The position numbers were made by a program, and so were the translations under genes. From assembly GCA_965200245.1 (NCBI GenBank), contig CBDATS010000005.1:384001-448000 (forward strand): a stretch of DNA of 64,000 bases, written 5' to 3'. The stretch is from a bacterium. Its GTDB lineage: Bacteria > UBA8248. The stretch's first letter is position 1. Every line of letters begins with the position of its first letter. Shown piece by piece: positions 10,044 through 20,887 of this stretch. A model generated the notes under the pieces. The model made no database searches and had not been told where the DNA came from. It worked only from the letters and a program-made list of their open reading frames with translations.

Positions 10044-11024
10044 TCATTCTGCCTGTCCACCCCTGCGCTCCCGGTGATGTGCCGCGAGCGTCGCGCACAT
10101 CGTGGCCAGGCGCTGGCGAAGATGTTCGGGTTCCTCGACCGTGACGTGTTCGCCCCAGGTGAACAGATGCCAGCACATCTCGTCGATGCCGCCTGCCCGG
10201 AAACGCACGCTCACCGAGCCGTCACCGTTGGGCTTCACGGACTGATCTGGATGGAAGAGAAACGCCGACGCGTCGCGCGTCGCTTCGGAGTCGAATCGCA
10301 GGACCACTTCAACAGGCTCTTCCTGGAAGGTGCCGAACGATCGCCTGGCATAGGCCGCCAGATCGAACTCCGGGTCCGGGGTGAAAGTCTCCCCGGTGAG
10401 CTGCGCCGCCCTCATGTTGGCGAGCCGCCACAGCCGGATGTCCCCGGCCCGGTCGGTTCGCCCCACCACGAACGCGCGGTTTCCGTAGAGCAGGCCATAG
10501 GGGTAGATGCGCCGCCGGCCCCACCGCCCCGTCGACTGGCCCAGATAGCTGACATCGACGGCATGGCAGGTCAGGATCGCCTCGCGCAGCTGCGCCAGCA
10601 GTCCCCCGTCGAGGTTCGGCCGGGGACCGGCGCGCATGGCCAGCCCCTCGGCCTGCAGGAGCGTTTCGATATCCGGTTCCCTCCGCGCGTCGGTGCGGAG
10701 TTTCCCGAGCAATTCCCGCAGCGTGGACGCCCGCTCCCCGGAGCCGTCGCGGTCGAGACGCTCCACCGCGAGCGCGAGTTCCGCCATTTCCCCCGCGGAG
10801 CAGGAAACGAAGGGCAGGCGTTTCGGCAGTCGCCAGTAGTGTCTGCTGTCATCCCTCTCGACGGTGCCCAGTTCCCCGAATATCTCCGAAACCGCGTCGC
10901 GCATGCGCTCGGCCGTCCTGCGACTGACGGAGAATTCGTCCTAGATCTCGCCAAGGCTCATCCCGCCGAGGGACTGGAGACGGATCGCCAGGCGCAGGAT
11001 GTCCTTTGCGGGTTCGTATCTCAC
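10044..11024 (-). pseudogene. DriD-like WYL-domain transcriptional regulator with an in-frame TAG at 10941-10943
   Basis: wHTH SRRTAERMRDAV, AGPRP linker, WYL region PYGLLYGNRAFVV...WRLANM and WCX region DGSVSVRFRAGG..CWHLFTWG, as in Caulobacter DriD. ORFs 10941..11126 and 10044..10904 share one frame; GTG start at 11024. Confidence 0.85.
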
Positions 11025-11109
11025 CTGTCGTTCTTTCCGTTGGTCGTGTCCGGATACCGCGCAGGTTCGCACGACGCGCCGCATCCTGCAACCTCGACCC
11101 GGTTGCTCC

Positions 11110-13208
11110 CTAGAAGCCAATTGCACATCCTCCGCCCGGCTTAGACCTGCATTCCTCGAACAGCATGTCGGCCAAGGCCTCCGGATCGTCGAGCCGACCT
11201 AGGATGCCAGCCTTGCTGCGCACCACCGCGAAGTCGCCGGGCGTCAGGGTGGCGAGGCGTGCGAGCCGTGCCGGAGGCGTCAGTGCGAAGTAGCGGCGGA
11301 AGGCCCCTTCCACCTGCCCGGGCAGGAGATAGCCAAGCGTGATCTTGAAGGTGAAGCGCCGAAGCGACGCCGCATCGAGGTGCGCGCCGAAGTTGGTGGT
11401 GCAGGCGAAAGGAAACGGGTGGTTTTCCATCCATGTCAGCATCTCGTTGACCTGTCTCACCTCCCAGTTCCTGTGGGCGGAGCCCCGGTCGGCGAGCAGC
11501 GAGTCCGCTTCGTCGAAGACGAGGAAGGCACCGGCATCGCGGGCTTCTTCGAATGCGTCGGCGATTTTGCGTTCCGTTTCCCCGACCCACATCGACATCA
11601 AGTCGGAGGAGCGTTTCTGCATCACCTCCAGCCCCATATCCTCTGCCAGGTAGCGCACATACGCGCTTTTCCCCGTTCCCGGCGGTCCCTGGAGACACAG
11701 GGAAAAGCGGCGCCCGCCGCTTCGCCTGAGACGCCCGGCGAGCATCCCCGGGTCGATGTCGGCGCGGATCAGTGCGGGATCGAACAGGGGAGGCGCCCCC
11801 TGGGGCGGCCTTTGGCGGGACAGGGCCCTGGCCAGACTGTACGCGCCGTGGCGGACCGCCTCCACGTTGCCGCCGCAGAGTTGTGCGGCGACAACAACAC
11901 CGTTCATCACACCGGGGTGCACGTCGAATTCCCTGGCCAGCGACGATGCTTCATCGGCCCCCGCCTCGATGCCGCGGCGCGAGAGCAGGCGCTCCCAGAT
12001 CCGGGTCCTGACCGCCGTTGTCGGCGGTCGCAACTCGAGGACGACCGACATGCGGCGCAAAACGGCTTCGGGGGCCGCCCAGATGTCGTTCATGGTCCAC
12101 AGCGTGGGGGTCGGCGACTCCTCCAGCAGCCGGTGAATGAACACCTTCGAGCCGCCCTTCCCTTCGCACGAGGAGAAGTGCTGGCCAAACAGGGAGAAAC
12201 CCCGGGAGTAGCCGGGAAGGAGATCCTCCATCTCGTCGAAGAGCAGAAGCGATCCTCCGTCTTTGGCGAGCAGGTGCTGGGTAAGCTTGAATTCACCAAG
12301 CCTGTCTTGCCGGGAGGGCTCGTCGCCATCCTCGTCCGCCTCGCCGACGCTGTAGAGGGTCGCCCCAAGCTGTCGCGCCAGCACCTTGCAGAACTCCGTC
12401 TTTCTGGTACCCGGCGGGCCGTACAGGAGAATATTCATGCCGGGAGCGTCTTTCCACAGACCCGCCCTCAGGACGTCCTCGACATGATCGCGGCTCTGGC
12501 CAAGATGCTCGAAATCCGACCATTCCAGTTCGCTTTCGGGTGCAGGGCTCACCAGGAGATGCTTTGTATCGACAGAATCGGAACTGGTGTCCAGCCGCTC
12601 CACCCGGCTGAGGATTCGCACATCGCCGTCGTCTTCGATGGAGATGAGGCGGCACGGACCAGCGGCGCGTTCGCAGCAAGGCGGGCGGCCGCGCTGCTGG
12701 CCGATATGCCGAGACAGATGGAGATGATCACCCGATTCTCGAAGTCGAGCGGACTGCTTCGCCTGCGCCTGTCGGTGATATCGTCAATCATCGATTCGAT
12801 GAACGGTTGCGTGTCGTAACGCAGCAGGAACTCCAGAATGTCGACATCCATCGGCGTGAGCCCTGTCATTCCTTCCAGATCCCGCAGCCGCTGCGCTGTC
12901 CGGTCGTATAATGCGTTCCCTGCCGTCAGGCTCTTCTCCCGCAGGGTCTGCCGGAAACCGCGCCACTGGCGGGCGGACATCTCTTCGGGGTCTGCGTGCT
13001 CTACGGTCATGCGGGGTTGCCGGCCCTTGCTGCACAGGAGATTGCGGATATCCTTCGTCAGGTTTTTTTCTATCCCGAGTTCCGTGCGATTCTTTCTCTC
13101 GTCCAGCCACTCGACCAGTTCGGATGCTTCCCCGTCATCGTGATGAAAGTGATTCGCGGCGTTTGCGAGGGAGAACAGAATCAGGTGTCTTTCATAATCG
13201 GTCAGCAC
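11110..13208 (-). pseudogene. Tandem (two-domain) AAA+ ATPase with N-terminal helical domain; frameshift near 12650 and Walker A G->R
   Basis: AAA1 GPPGTRKT/LLFDEMED; AAA2 GPPGTGKS/LVFDEAD, ACTTN, LRRF. Restoring one G gives APLVRAGLISIEDDGDVRIL, joining the two ORFs. RBS CAGGAGGGAG before GTG 13208. Confidence 0.85.
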
Positions 13209-13264
13209 GACTCCCTCCTGATGAAACCCCGAAAAGTCGGGGCGATACACGTTGCGTTGCAGGG

Positions 13265-13299
13265 AACCTACGGCACCCGTGCGTCAGATTCGGACGTAT
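13265..13299 (-). promoter_or_regulatory. DriD-type WYL operator (7-7-7 inverted repeat) and -10-like element upstream of the AAA gene
   Basis: Minus strand ATACGTC-N7-GACGCAC (13299-13279), then 8 nt, then TAGGTT (13270-13265). The DriD box as recalled is ATACGAC-N7-GTCGTAT. Confidence 0.6.
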
Positions 13300-14070
13300 G
13301 GGCCAAGAAAATCACAAAAAAATCATCCTGATGTTTCTGACAGGATGGATTTGAAGGAGGTCACGGGATCGCCCGATTGGATTGTTCAGGAAAAATCCCG
13401 TGTCTTGAGGGATACGGTTGACCATGCAGACCGGGGTTCGCCTGCTCTTCACAAGACGCAAGAGACCATCGACAGGGGACGTTTCGGTTGGTCCGCAGTC
13501 CGAATCAGCGAATATATGGCAGTGCATCACCAGCGGGCCATGCGAGGCCGAGTGCAGGGTGGCCGGGTTGCATGGTCGCCTGAGGCATTGAATCGCAGGG
13601 ACTCCGGGTGCGCCGGGCGTTGCCGTCACGAAACGCCACTGCTGCATGAAGCACCCTCCTCGCGGCGTCCTGCCGTGTCCACGCTGTCCCTCTGCCGATT
13701 CAGAAGGCTCTGAAAGGGAAACCATCAGATGTCCGCAAGGGAAAAGGCACCGGAGGCGCGTGGCGATCATGGCCCCGGGGACTGGAATCGGGAATTTCCT
13801 GGCCCAGGGACCTGAATCCGTTCAGATACAACTCGAGTCGGGTGGCAAGTACGGGACGGGTTCATTTGCTCCGGACCCCGTTTCACCCCGACCCGTGGGA
13901 AGCGCCATGACACCTGGCTTCCAGTGCGAATCCTGCCCTGATGGATGAACGATCCCGGGCGATCTGATGAATCCCCGGGGCATCGCCGACTGGAACAGCC
14001 GGATAACAGGAGGGAAACCGATGCGTTCCTCGCGAAGAAAACTCCGGTGAAGTCCCGGGCGGCGCGAATG

Positions 14071-15853
14071 TCACTCGTGCCGCAGTTTCCCTTCCACAGC
14101 TTTCCTGCGAAATTCAACTGCCTTTCGGGCACGTTCATTGATCATCAGAATCAGTAGACTTCGGGCCCTCGACATTCCCACGTATAGCAGGGATTGCTGT
14201 CCCTCCCTCTCTACCCCGTCGATGTCCGTGACAATCACCACCTGGCTCTCAAGACCCTTGAACGCATGAACTGTTGAAAACTTCAAGGCATTCAACTGTC
14301 TTTTCATTCCCCCCGGTCTGTTCCTTTCCCTGTCGGAAATGTCCATGAGAGGAAAGCCCGCTATCCGTTCGATTCCCACCAGGCTCGAATTCTCCAGACG
14401 ATGTGGAGAAAGGAGTATGATGCTGTCAACGGATATCTTCTCCCTGCGCAGGTTCCCCAGGACACCTGTGAGGGATTCCACAAGGTCGGAAGGTTCTTTC
14501 CAGTATCTGTATTCCACTGGAAGTCCTGTTTCCTGGCCTGACCGGGAAGGCGGTTTTTCGAATCCCGCCAGAACTGCTGTTTCTTCCGAGATCCTTCGGG
14601 TGTTTCTGCAGTTATGCGTGAGCCTGGCCCTGACAAAATGCCCGCTGTATCGGGACAGAACCCCGGCCGGGTCGATGGCATTGCCGTAGAGAGCCTGTCG
14701 CGTGAAATCTCCAAACATTGTCCAGCGGCCACCGGCCAGGCAGTCATGTATGGCCAGGTCGAGAAAATCGAGGTAATTCCGGGCACAGAGATCCTGTGCC
14801 TCGTCCACTACCAGCAGATCGAATGGCGAACCCGCTGCTGCCTTCCTTTCCTCCAGAGCCATCTGTCCATGGAAAGGATAAAGCTCCCTGAACAGCCGGT
14901 CGGTGTCGCCATCTTTCAGGGCTTCACCACTCTCATTCCTGAAAGCGCCTGCTGCGCTGCCCGTCATGATGAATTGCTCGGCGATTTCGTGAAACGTTCC
15001 CGCAGTGATTTTCGTGTCCCTGGCCTGCTGGCGAAACCATTCACCCAGCAGACGGTTGAAACATACGAGGAGAACCCTTGCCCCCGAGCGTTCCGCCCGC
15101 TTCGCATGTTCCAAGGAAAGGAGGGTCTTGCCGGTTCCCGCGGCACCTTCAAAAAGGCACCGGGGGTTCATTTCGAGTTCGTCCAGCCTGTCATACTGTT
15201 CCTGCGTGAGACTCAGCAGCCTGGCCTCGGTGTTGCCAATCGACGCGCTGGTCGAGAGCACCATCTCGAAATTCGGTCGCAGGAAATCCTTGATCGATTT
15301 GACCTCGGACGGGGTCGGCAGGCGCTCGCCCCCGGCAGGCTGGAATTCACGCAGACGCCGGCGTGCCGTTCGCATGATGGATCGGGAAATGGATTCCAGG
15401 TCGCTGGTGTCAATAACGTTCGAACTCAGGCGCCAGCGGAGGGCAGTCCACGTCCGGGAAGACTACTGCACATCCGAACGGGCATCTCGACTCGGCCGCA
15501 TATTCTCCGAAACGCTTGATTACGAAACCCCGCAGAGCGTACATCCCGTCCCTAGCCTGCATGTACGGGCTTTTCCTGAGCTGAAAACTCCTTCCGTGTC
15601 GATCCATGGTTCGCCAGATGCCATCCTGACAGGATATACGCCCGCCCTTGACCTCGAGGCAGATGATACCCACTCCGGGGATGATCACGACAAAATCAAT
15701 TTCCCCATACGGCCCGGTCTTCCTCCGGGCCAGCCCCAGCGAGTGCAGCACTGTCCAGTCCTTCGTCTGCGGATCGTCCCTGAGCAGGTCGAAAATGCGC
15801 CGCTCGCTGCCGATACCTTCACTATCCATCCGAGGTGGGATCATCCTTGCCAT
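14071..15853 (-). pseudogene. NERD nuclease-SF1 (UvrD-like) helicase fusion, frameshifted near 15415
   Basis: NERD: VLHSL..GEIDFVVIIPGVGIICLEVKGG..SPYMQA. Helicase: GAAGTGKT, VDEAQD, NCRNT, STVHAFKGLE, YVGMSRA. The frame breaks between PEFER and VIDTSDL. Confidence 0.85.
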
Positions 15854-16725
15854 GAAATACTCCTGCTCCCGGAACGCCGTGTCGTCGGTCCATGGAAACC
15901 GGTTGACCAGGCCCGATGGATATTCCCGTCGTGTCGTTTCGACCATATGGGTTCCCTGTCTCCAGAGGCTTTGAACAACGCAGAATCTCCCCCAAAGAAG
16001 CTCATCGACAGTGACGCGCGTCATTCCAACCCCATTCGTGTTCACCTGATCAAATAGCCGGTTCCGTTCCGGTAGTCCAGCCCATTCGGTGAGCAGCGCG
16101 CAGCAGCCCCCGGAGAACTGGATCAGTCGCGCTTCACGACTGTCCACGGCCACGACCACAGGCAGTCTGATGCGACGCTGTGTTCCACGGTTCCCGATCT
16201 CGAAAACCGGCGAGTCCGCCCTGTTTTCATTGGATGAAGAATCCAGTTCATTGCGTTCCGGGAAGGCCGGAAAACGGGATTCGATTCCCGGAATCGAAGA
16301 GAATATCCCGGTTTCCATGATGTGGCATCCATCCGGTCTCAAGGCGACAGGCCGGAACGCGAATGCCCGGTACTGCTGCCTGGTTCTTCAGGCGGGTGAA
16401 TTTCTGCCCATTCGGCCACGCGGCAACAATGATGCCTGCGTAACCATTGTCAGGCCTGATCACATGAATTGGCATTGCCGGCGCATCGGCTCCCGGATTG
16501 CTGAATCCCGTTCCTGGCCAGTCGGCAGTTCGCCGTGGCCCTGCAGCCACAGTTTGTGGCCCGCGGTGTCTGTCGATGACAGTATGCAGGAGTCGTCGGC
16601 CTTTCCCTAGCTTTGTGACCCACAATTCTCAAGCCCGTGAGGGCACCTCCCGTTGCGGCGCCTCGCCGTGTGCTATATGCTGGTTTTTCATCCATCCGGA
16701 AACTCTGAAGCGGGGAAATCATCGG

Positions 16726-17115
16726 ATGCGAACCATCGGCTGTGTCCTCATCGCGATCCTGCTGGGCCTGGCGGCTGTTTCCGCTCATGGCGCGGACCTC
16801 GGAAAAGGAATCGAGGCATACAGACGCGGGGATTACGAGGCGGCGCTGCGACACTGGCGGCCGCTGGCGGGGCAAGGAAATGCTGCCGCCCAAGTCATGC
16901 TGGGGGTCATGTACTACAAAGTCGAGGGTGTGCCCGAGGATATTGTTCAGGCCTATCCATGGTCCAACCTCGCTGCAGCAGGAGGCAGGGAACAAGCAAA
17001 GAAGCTCAAGCGCCTTCTCTAGGCAAAGATGACCCCAGACGCAATCACCGAAGCCCAGAAGCTTTCCCGCCAGCTGCATGAGCGCATCGAAAAACGGCTG
17101 AAACGCAAAAAGTGA
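16726..17115 (+). pseudogene. Secreted Sel1-like repeat protein with an in-frame TAG at 17020-17022
   Basis: Signal peptide; AYRRGDYEAALRHWRPLAGQGNAAAQVMLGVMY; after the stop the frame continues AKMTPDAITEAQKLSR to TGA 17115. Confidence 0.85.
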
Positions 17116-17237
17116 AAACCAACCAGAACCATACACCCGGCGCCCGCCGCAAGCATGGAGAAGCATTTCCTATCCGGCAGGTGTTATCCTCTCACACGTA
17201 AAAGTTTCCATAGAAATCACCGGTCATTTCCGACAGA

Positions 17238-18797
17238 TCAAAGAGTGCGTTCAACCCCTTTTCGTTCATTGAATACTCCTATCTTCGGTTCTATGGGCAC
17301 TATAACGTAATCCCTCGATTCAAAGGGATTCTCGTGGTTCGGTTTCCTGGGCCTCCGCATCGGCTTGGGCCGTCCGTTCTTGTAATATTCCTTCCGGAAG
17401 GCGTTGAAGTGGTCCGGTTCGTGGGCATCCTCCACCTCTTTCATGCGCATGTTGAGTTCCTGCGTCCTAGCCATGACATGGTCGGGAACCTGTTCGCCCG
17501 GTTCCAGGAAGTGGTTGTGCGGGTCATCCGGATCCCAGGACTTGGTTTCAAGTACCTTCCTGTAATATTCCTCGCTCCAGTCCGCCTTCCTGTACACGTC
17601 GAGTGCCTCGATCTGGCGTTGCATCCGCAGGGTGCTGGCCATCTCCGGCACGATGAGAACCGTGGCCTGGATGTATGTGTCGGTATATCCAATTCTCACT
17701 TGCCCGTTTTTCCTGTTGTTTTTCGACAGAAGTCCCTTCATGAGGAAGTCACGCGATTCCAAGCCCTTCTCGCCCTCGTAGATGTATGTGTCTTCTACGG
17801 ATTTCTGCATCTGAAACAGCAGGTTGACCCCCCCTCTTCTTCCAGTCATCGAAGTACTCTGCTTCCGGCCACGATTCGGGTACATAGAACGCCTGGTCAT
17901 CCTATATGTGGATCTTCACGGCAGTCTGCTCCTTCCCTGTCTCTCGAGTTCGCGGAGTCTGTCGTCTGCGGCCTTTCTGGCCCTTTCCCTGGCCGATCCC
18001 CTCTTCTTGGACTTTCTGCCCTTCCGGCCCCTTTCGGCGTCCGGGAACCCGAAATACAGGTTCCGGAGGATGGCCATGTTCTCGGCGAATTTTTTGGGAT
18101 TGTAGATTTACAGAGCGTTCCTGTCGAGGGTATCTATCTTCCTACCGACGTTCTCCATCGTGTCGTAGAGATACGCGCGTCCCTGATCGTCGACCGGCAG
18201 GTACAGGACGGTCTGCTGCTTGTATTTCACGCCCAGATCTATCAGATGCTTCAACAGGAATTTCCTTCTGCGGTCCTTGTCATCGATGATGAAACAACAA
18301 CGGTCGATTACAGGCACTTATATTGTTCCGATTACCTCGTTGTTTTCATCCCTTATTTCCCTTTTCTCCATGTATCTTCCTTCCATCTTGATGTAACTCA
18401 GCCCCTTGATTGAGTTTACATCTTTCTGGAGTCTTCTGAATGCGGCTCTCTTGACGTTGTTGTGTCTCTTGGAGTCGGTTCTTGCTATGTCGTCCTCTTC
18501 GTTTCCGCTTTCCATGTCTCTGTTGGTGGCGGAAACGATGCCGCAATCGTGTTTTTCCCATTTATCTATGACACTGTTGAGTTTCGCCTCTTCCAGGACT
18601 TCGCGATCGGGCCATCTCAGGACGGCCGTGTGCAATTCGCGCCTCGTGTCCGGTTCCATGTCCCTGTCCAGGATGAATTCCCTGAATATATCGCGTACTT
18701 TCCCTTCCGGATTCACACAGTCCGCGATAATACCGGATCTCGCGTCCAGCCTCTCGTACAGGCCGTGGATCAGGCTATAAAAGTCATCGTTCATCAT
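17238..18797 (-). pseudogene. Large phage-like protein (DUF3293-like / large-myovirus family) broken by several stops
   Basis: ORFs 18318..18845, 18108..18317 and 17238..17900 are co-frame, separated by TAA, TAA and a short locally shifted segment. Motifs HDCGIVSA..N..YIKMEGRY..CFIID..LIDLGVKYKQQTVLY. Confidence 0.6.
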
Positions 18798-18802
18798 ATT
18801 CC

Positions 18803-18809
18803 TATTTAG
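18803..18809 (-). promoter_or_regulatory. CTAAATA late-promoter-like motif 5 nt before ATG 18797
   Basis: Minus strand GCTAAATA-GGAAT-ATGATGAAC. Confidence 0.5.
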
Positions 18810-18837
18810 CATTTTACCTCCCGTATGCCGGGATGTG

Positions 18838-19383
18838 TCACGCATAGCCTTCGGGCCATCCCTTTCCCTCGGCCCTGTCTTCCTCGATCATGGCCATGAA
18901 TTCGTCCTCGAAGGGGTCGAACCCGCCGCGCGAACAGAATTTCAGGTATCCCTTCCGGAACTCCCCGTCGGCCCACCAAGAAACGATGCGCCGTTCCATG
19001 ACGGAGAGTTTTTCGCCGCGATAGGTTTTCATGTCCACCGTCGCGATGCTGACTCCCTTCACTTCTTTCAGTATGACGAATGCTGCGCCATGCGGACACC
19101 TGCACCCCAGGATATCGTCGCGCGACGCATCCAGGTCGTTGAGCAGACACGCTTTCAGGTATTCGACGTATTTCTCGTCCATGGTCTCCTCGTCATCTGT
19201 ATTTAGGAACATTTCCTCCTGTCTGATTTTATATCCACACCATATCGATATAGTGGAAAAGACGACATAGCCTCCCGCAAGTAACATCCAGTCGTCTGTA
19301 GTTATAACTCCAATCAAGTAGATGACGGACAGGAAGATGGCCGACGCCAGCCAGGTCATGCTATAATGCCGGGGAAAGATCAT
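18838..19383 (-). CDS. Hypothetical protein: two N-terminal TM helices plus a C-terminal 'KTYRGEKL' domain; probable internal start at 19182
   Basis: ORF track; internal CTAAATA (19206-19200), GAGGAG and ATG 19182 in frame; C-terminus paralogous to 19692..19922. Confidence 0.65.
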   Translation of the reverse strand: MIFPRHYSMTWLASAIFLSVIYLIGVITTDDWMLLAGGYVVFSTISIWCGYKIRQEEMFLNTDDEETMDEKYVEYLKACLLNDLDASRDDILGCRCPHGAAFVILKEVKGVSIATVDMKTYRGEKLSVMERRIVSWWADGEFRKGYLKFCSRGGFDPFEDEFMAMIEEDRAEGKGWPEGYA

Positions 19384-19691
19384 TTTACAGTTTCTTTTTA
19401 ATCTTTCTCACAGGAACCAGGGTACGTTGTCGGGTGGTCTGTAGCCTTTCCGTTCCAGTCTCGCGCGAATGGTGTTTCTTTCAAGTTCACATATTCAGCT
19501 GGACGTTTTTGGTCGTCTTTGTACGTGTAGATGAGGTTCTGTACTGTATCTAGGCGTTTGAATACAGACAGTAACCGTTTTCTTTATCGTGAGAGGAAGG
19601 ACTATCTGGGTTCTTTCTACATTTGTGAAGAGAAGCCGACGCATACCACGGAGCGAAATAGAGAAAGCCAGGAGACGGAGGGATGAGATAG

Positions 19692-19922
19692 ATGGCTCTT
19701 AGGATGTCGAAACAGAAAACCTATCGGGGCGAGAAGCTTGATGATTCGGACCGGCGCATCCTTGCCAACTGGCAGGACAAGAAAATCCGCGAAGAACTTA
19801 TCGAATGCTGTCTGGAAGGGTTCCCTCTCAAGGAATTCGAAAAAACATTTATGGGAATCCTTGAAAGGGACAGGCTCGAAGCCGAGAAGACGGGACGCGA
19901 CTGGCCCGAAGACTACCGGTAA
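19692..19922 (+). CDS. Small hypothetical protein, paralog of the C-terminus of 18838..19383
   Basis: KTYRGEKLxxxxRRI..W.D...C..G....FE..FM...E.DR.E...WPE.Y shared by both; RBS GGAGGG. Confidence 0.7.
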   Translation: MALRMSKQKTYRGEKLDDSDRRILANWQDKKIREELIECCLEGFPLKEFEKTFMGILERDRLEAEKTGRDWPEDYR

Positions 19923-20059
19923 TTATGGAAAGTCATAATTCCATAACGTATCGCGCGATGGAGAGAAATCCTGGTATACTGACGGTGGCGGCAAAGCCAG
20001 GAAACTAACCTCATGTAGTACCCCTCCAGTATCACCGGAAACACCCCCAAATTAAAGCC

Positions 20060-20887
20060 ATGTATACGAAAAAACTGGAAGCTGCGGTAACGCACTCCAT
20101 CTGCACCCAACTCACCAACCTGGGCTGGGTAGTCGATGAATCTTCGCCTGACAACAATGTCACTCAACAAAGAGCCAAGACCGAATACCAAAAAGAACTA
20201 TTAAAGAAAGCAGGGACACCGAAGTTTCCGGATTTTGTCCTTTATGAAAAGGGGACGACCAAACCGATTGGCATAATTGAGGCCAAAAGGCCGGGCGAAT
20301 CTCTTGAGAAGGCTTCACACCAGGCAACCCGGAGGTATGCAAAACCCCTGAATGCGCCGCTTGTTTTCGCATACAACGACACATTCGTTGACGCCAGGCA
20401 TTTGTTTCAGGCTCGCCGACTAAAGATTGACGGAGAAGATGTAAGGCAATTCGTTGATCATTACACATCCCTTCGTTTTATCAATGAAGGGCCAGAGATA
20501 TTATCCGCACCGCAGCACGTTCAGATTTCACGAGACGAACTCATCAGGATATTCAGGCGACAGGCGAATTTCCTGCGAGAGGCAGGTATCACGGCAGGGC
20601 TGGAGCGTTTCGGGGTATTTTCAGACGTATTGTTTCTCAAGCTCATGGATGAGTTATGCCAGTTGCGCGAGCATTCCGGTTCTTCCCCTCCGCTTCCACC
20701 GCACCTGCGCTGGTCAGATTTTCAGGATCGCAACCCTGATGACAGGCTCGAATACGTTCGAAATGTTATATGGCCTGCAATGAATCAGGAATACGGAGCC
20801 ATTTTCAGTCATGATTTTCCGATTACAAAACCCGATATATTGGGGCCAGTCCTGAACGGGGCAGGATGGAGATTTCTCCTCCCTTGA
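20060..20887 (+). pseudogene. Truncated restriction-modification enzyme (HsdR_N-type PD-(D/E)xK nuclease plus HsdM N-terminal region; type I/IIG-like)
   Basis: FPDFVLY..IGIIEAKR nuclease motif; FSDVLFLKLMDE HsdM_N-like helix. Breaks off near 20845 before any methyltransferase motifs. Confidence 0.75.

Noticed and set aside
15854-16700. N-terminal extension of ORF 15410..16342 and other ORFs upstream of the NERD gene
   Set aside because: The NERD domain starts at ATG 15853 behind a CAGGAG RBS; the upstream translations show no family features.
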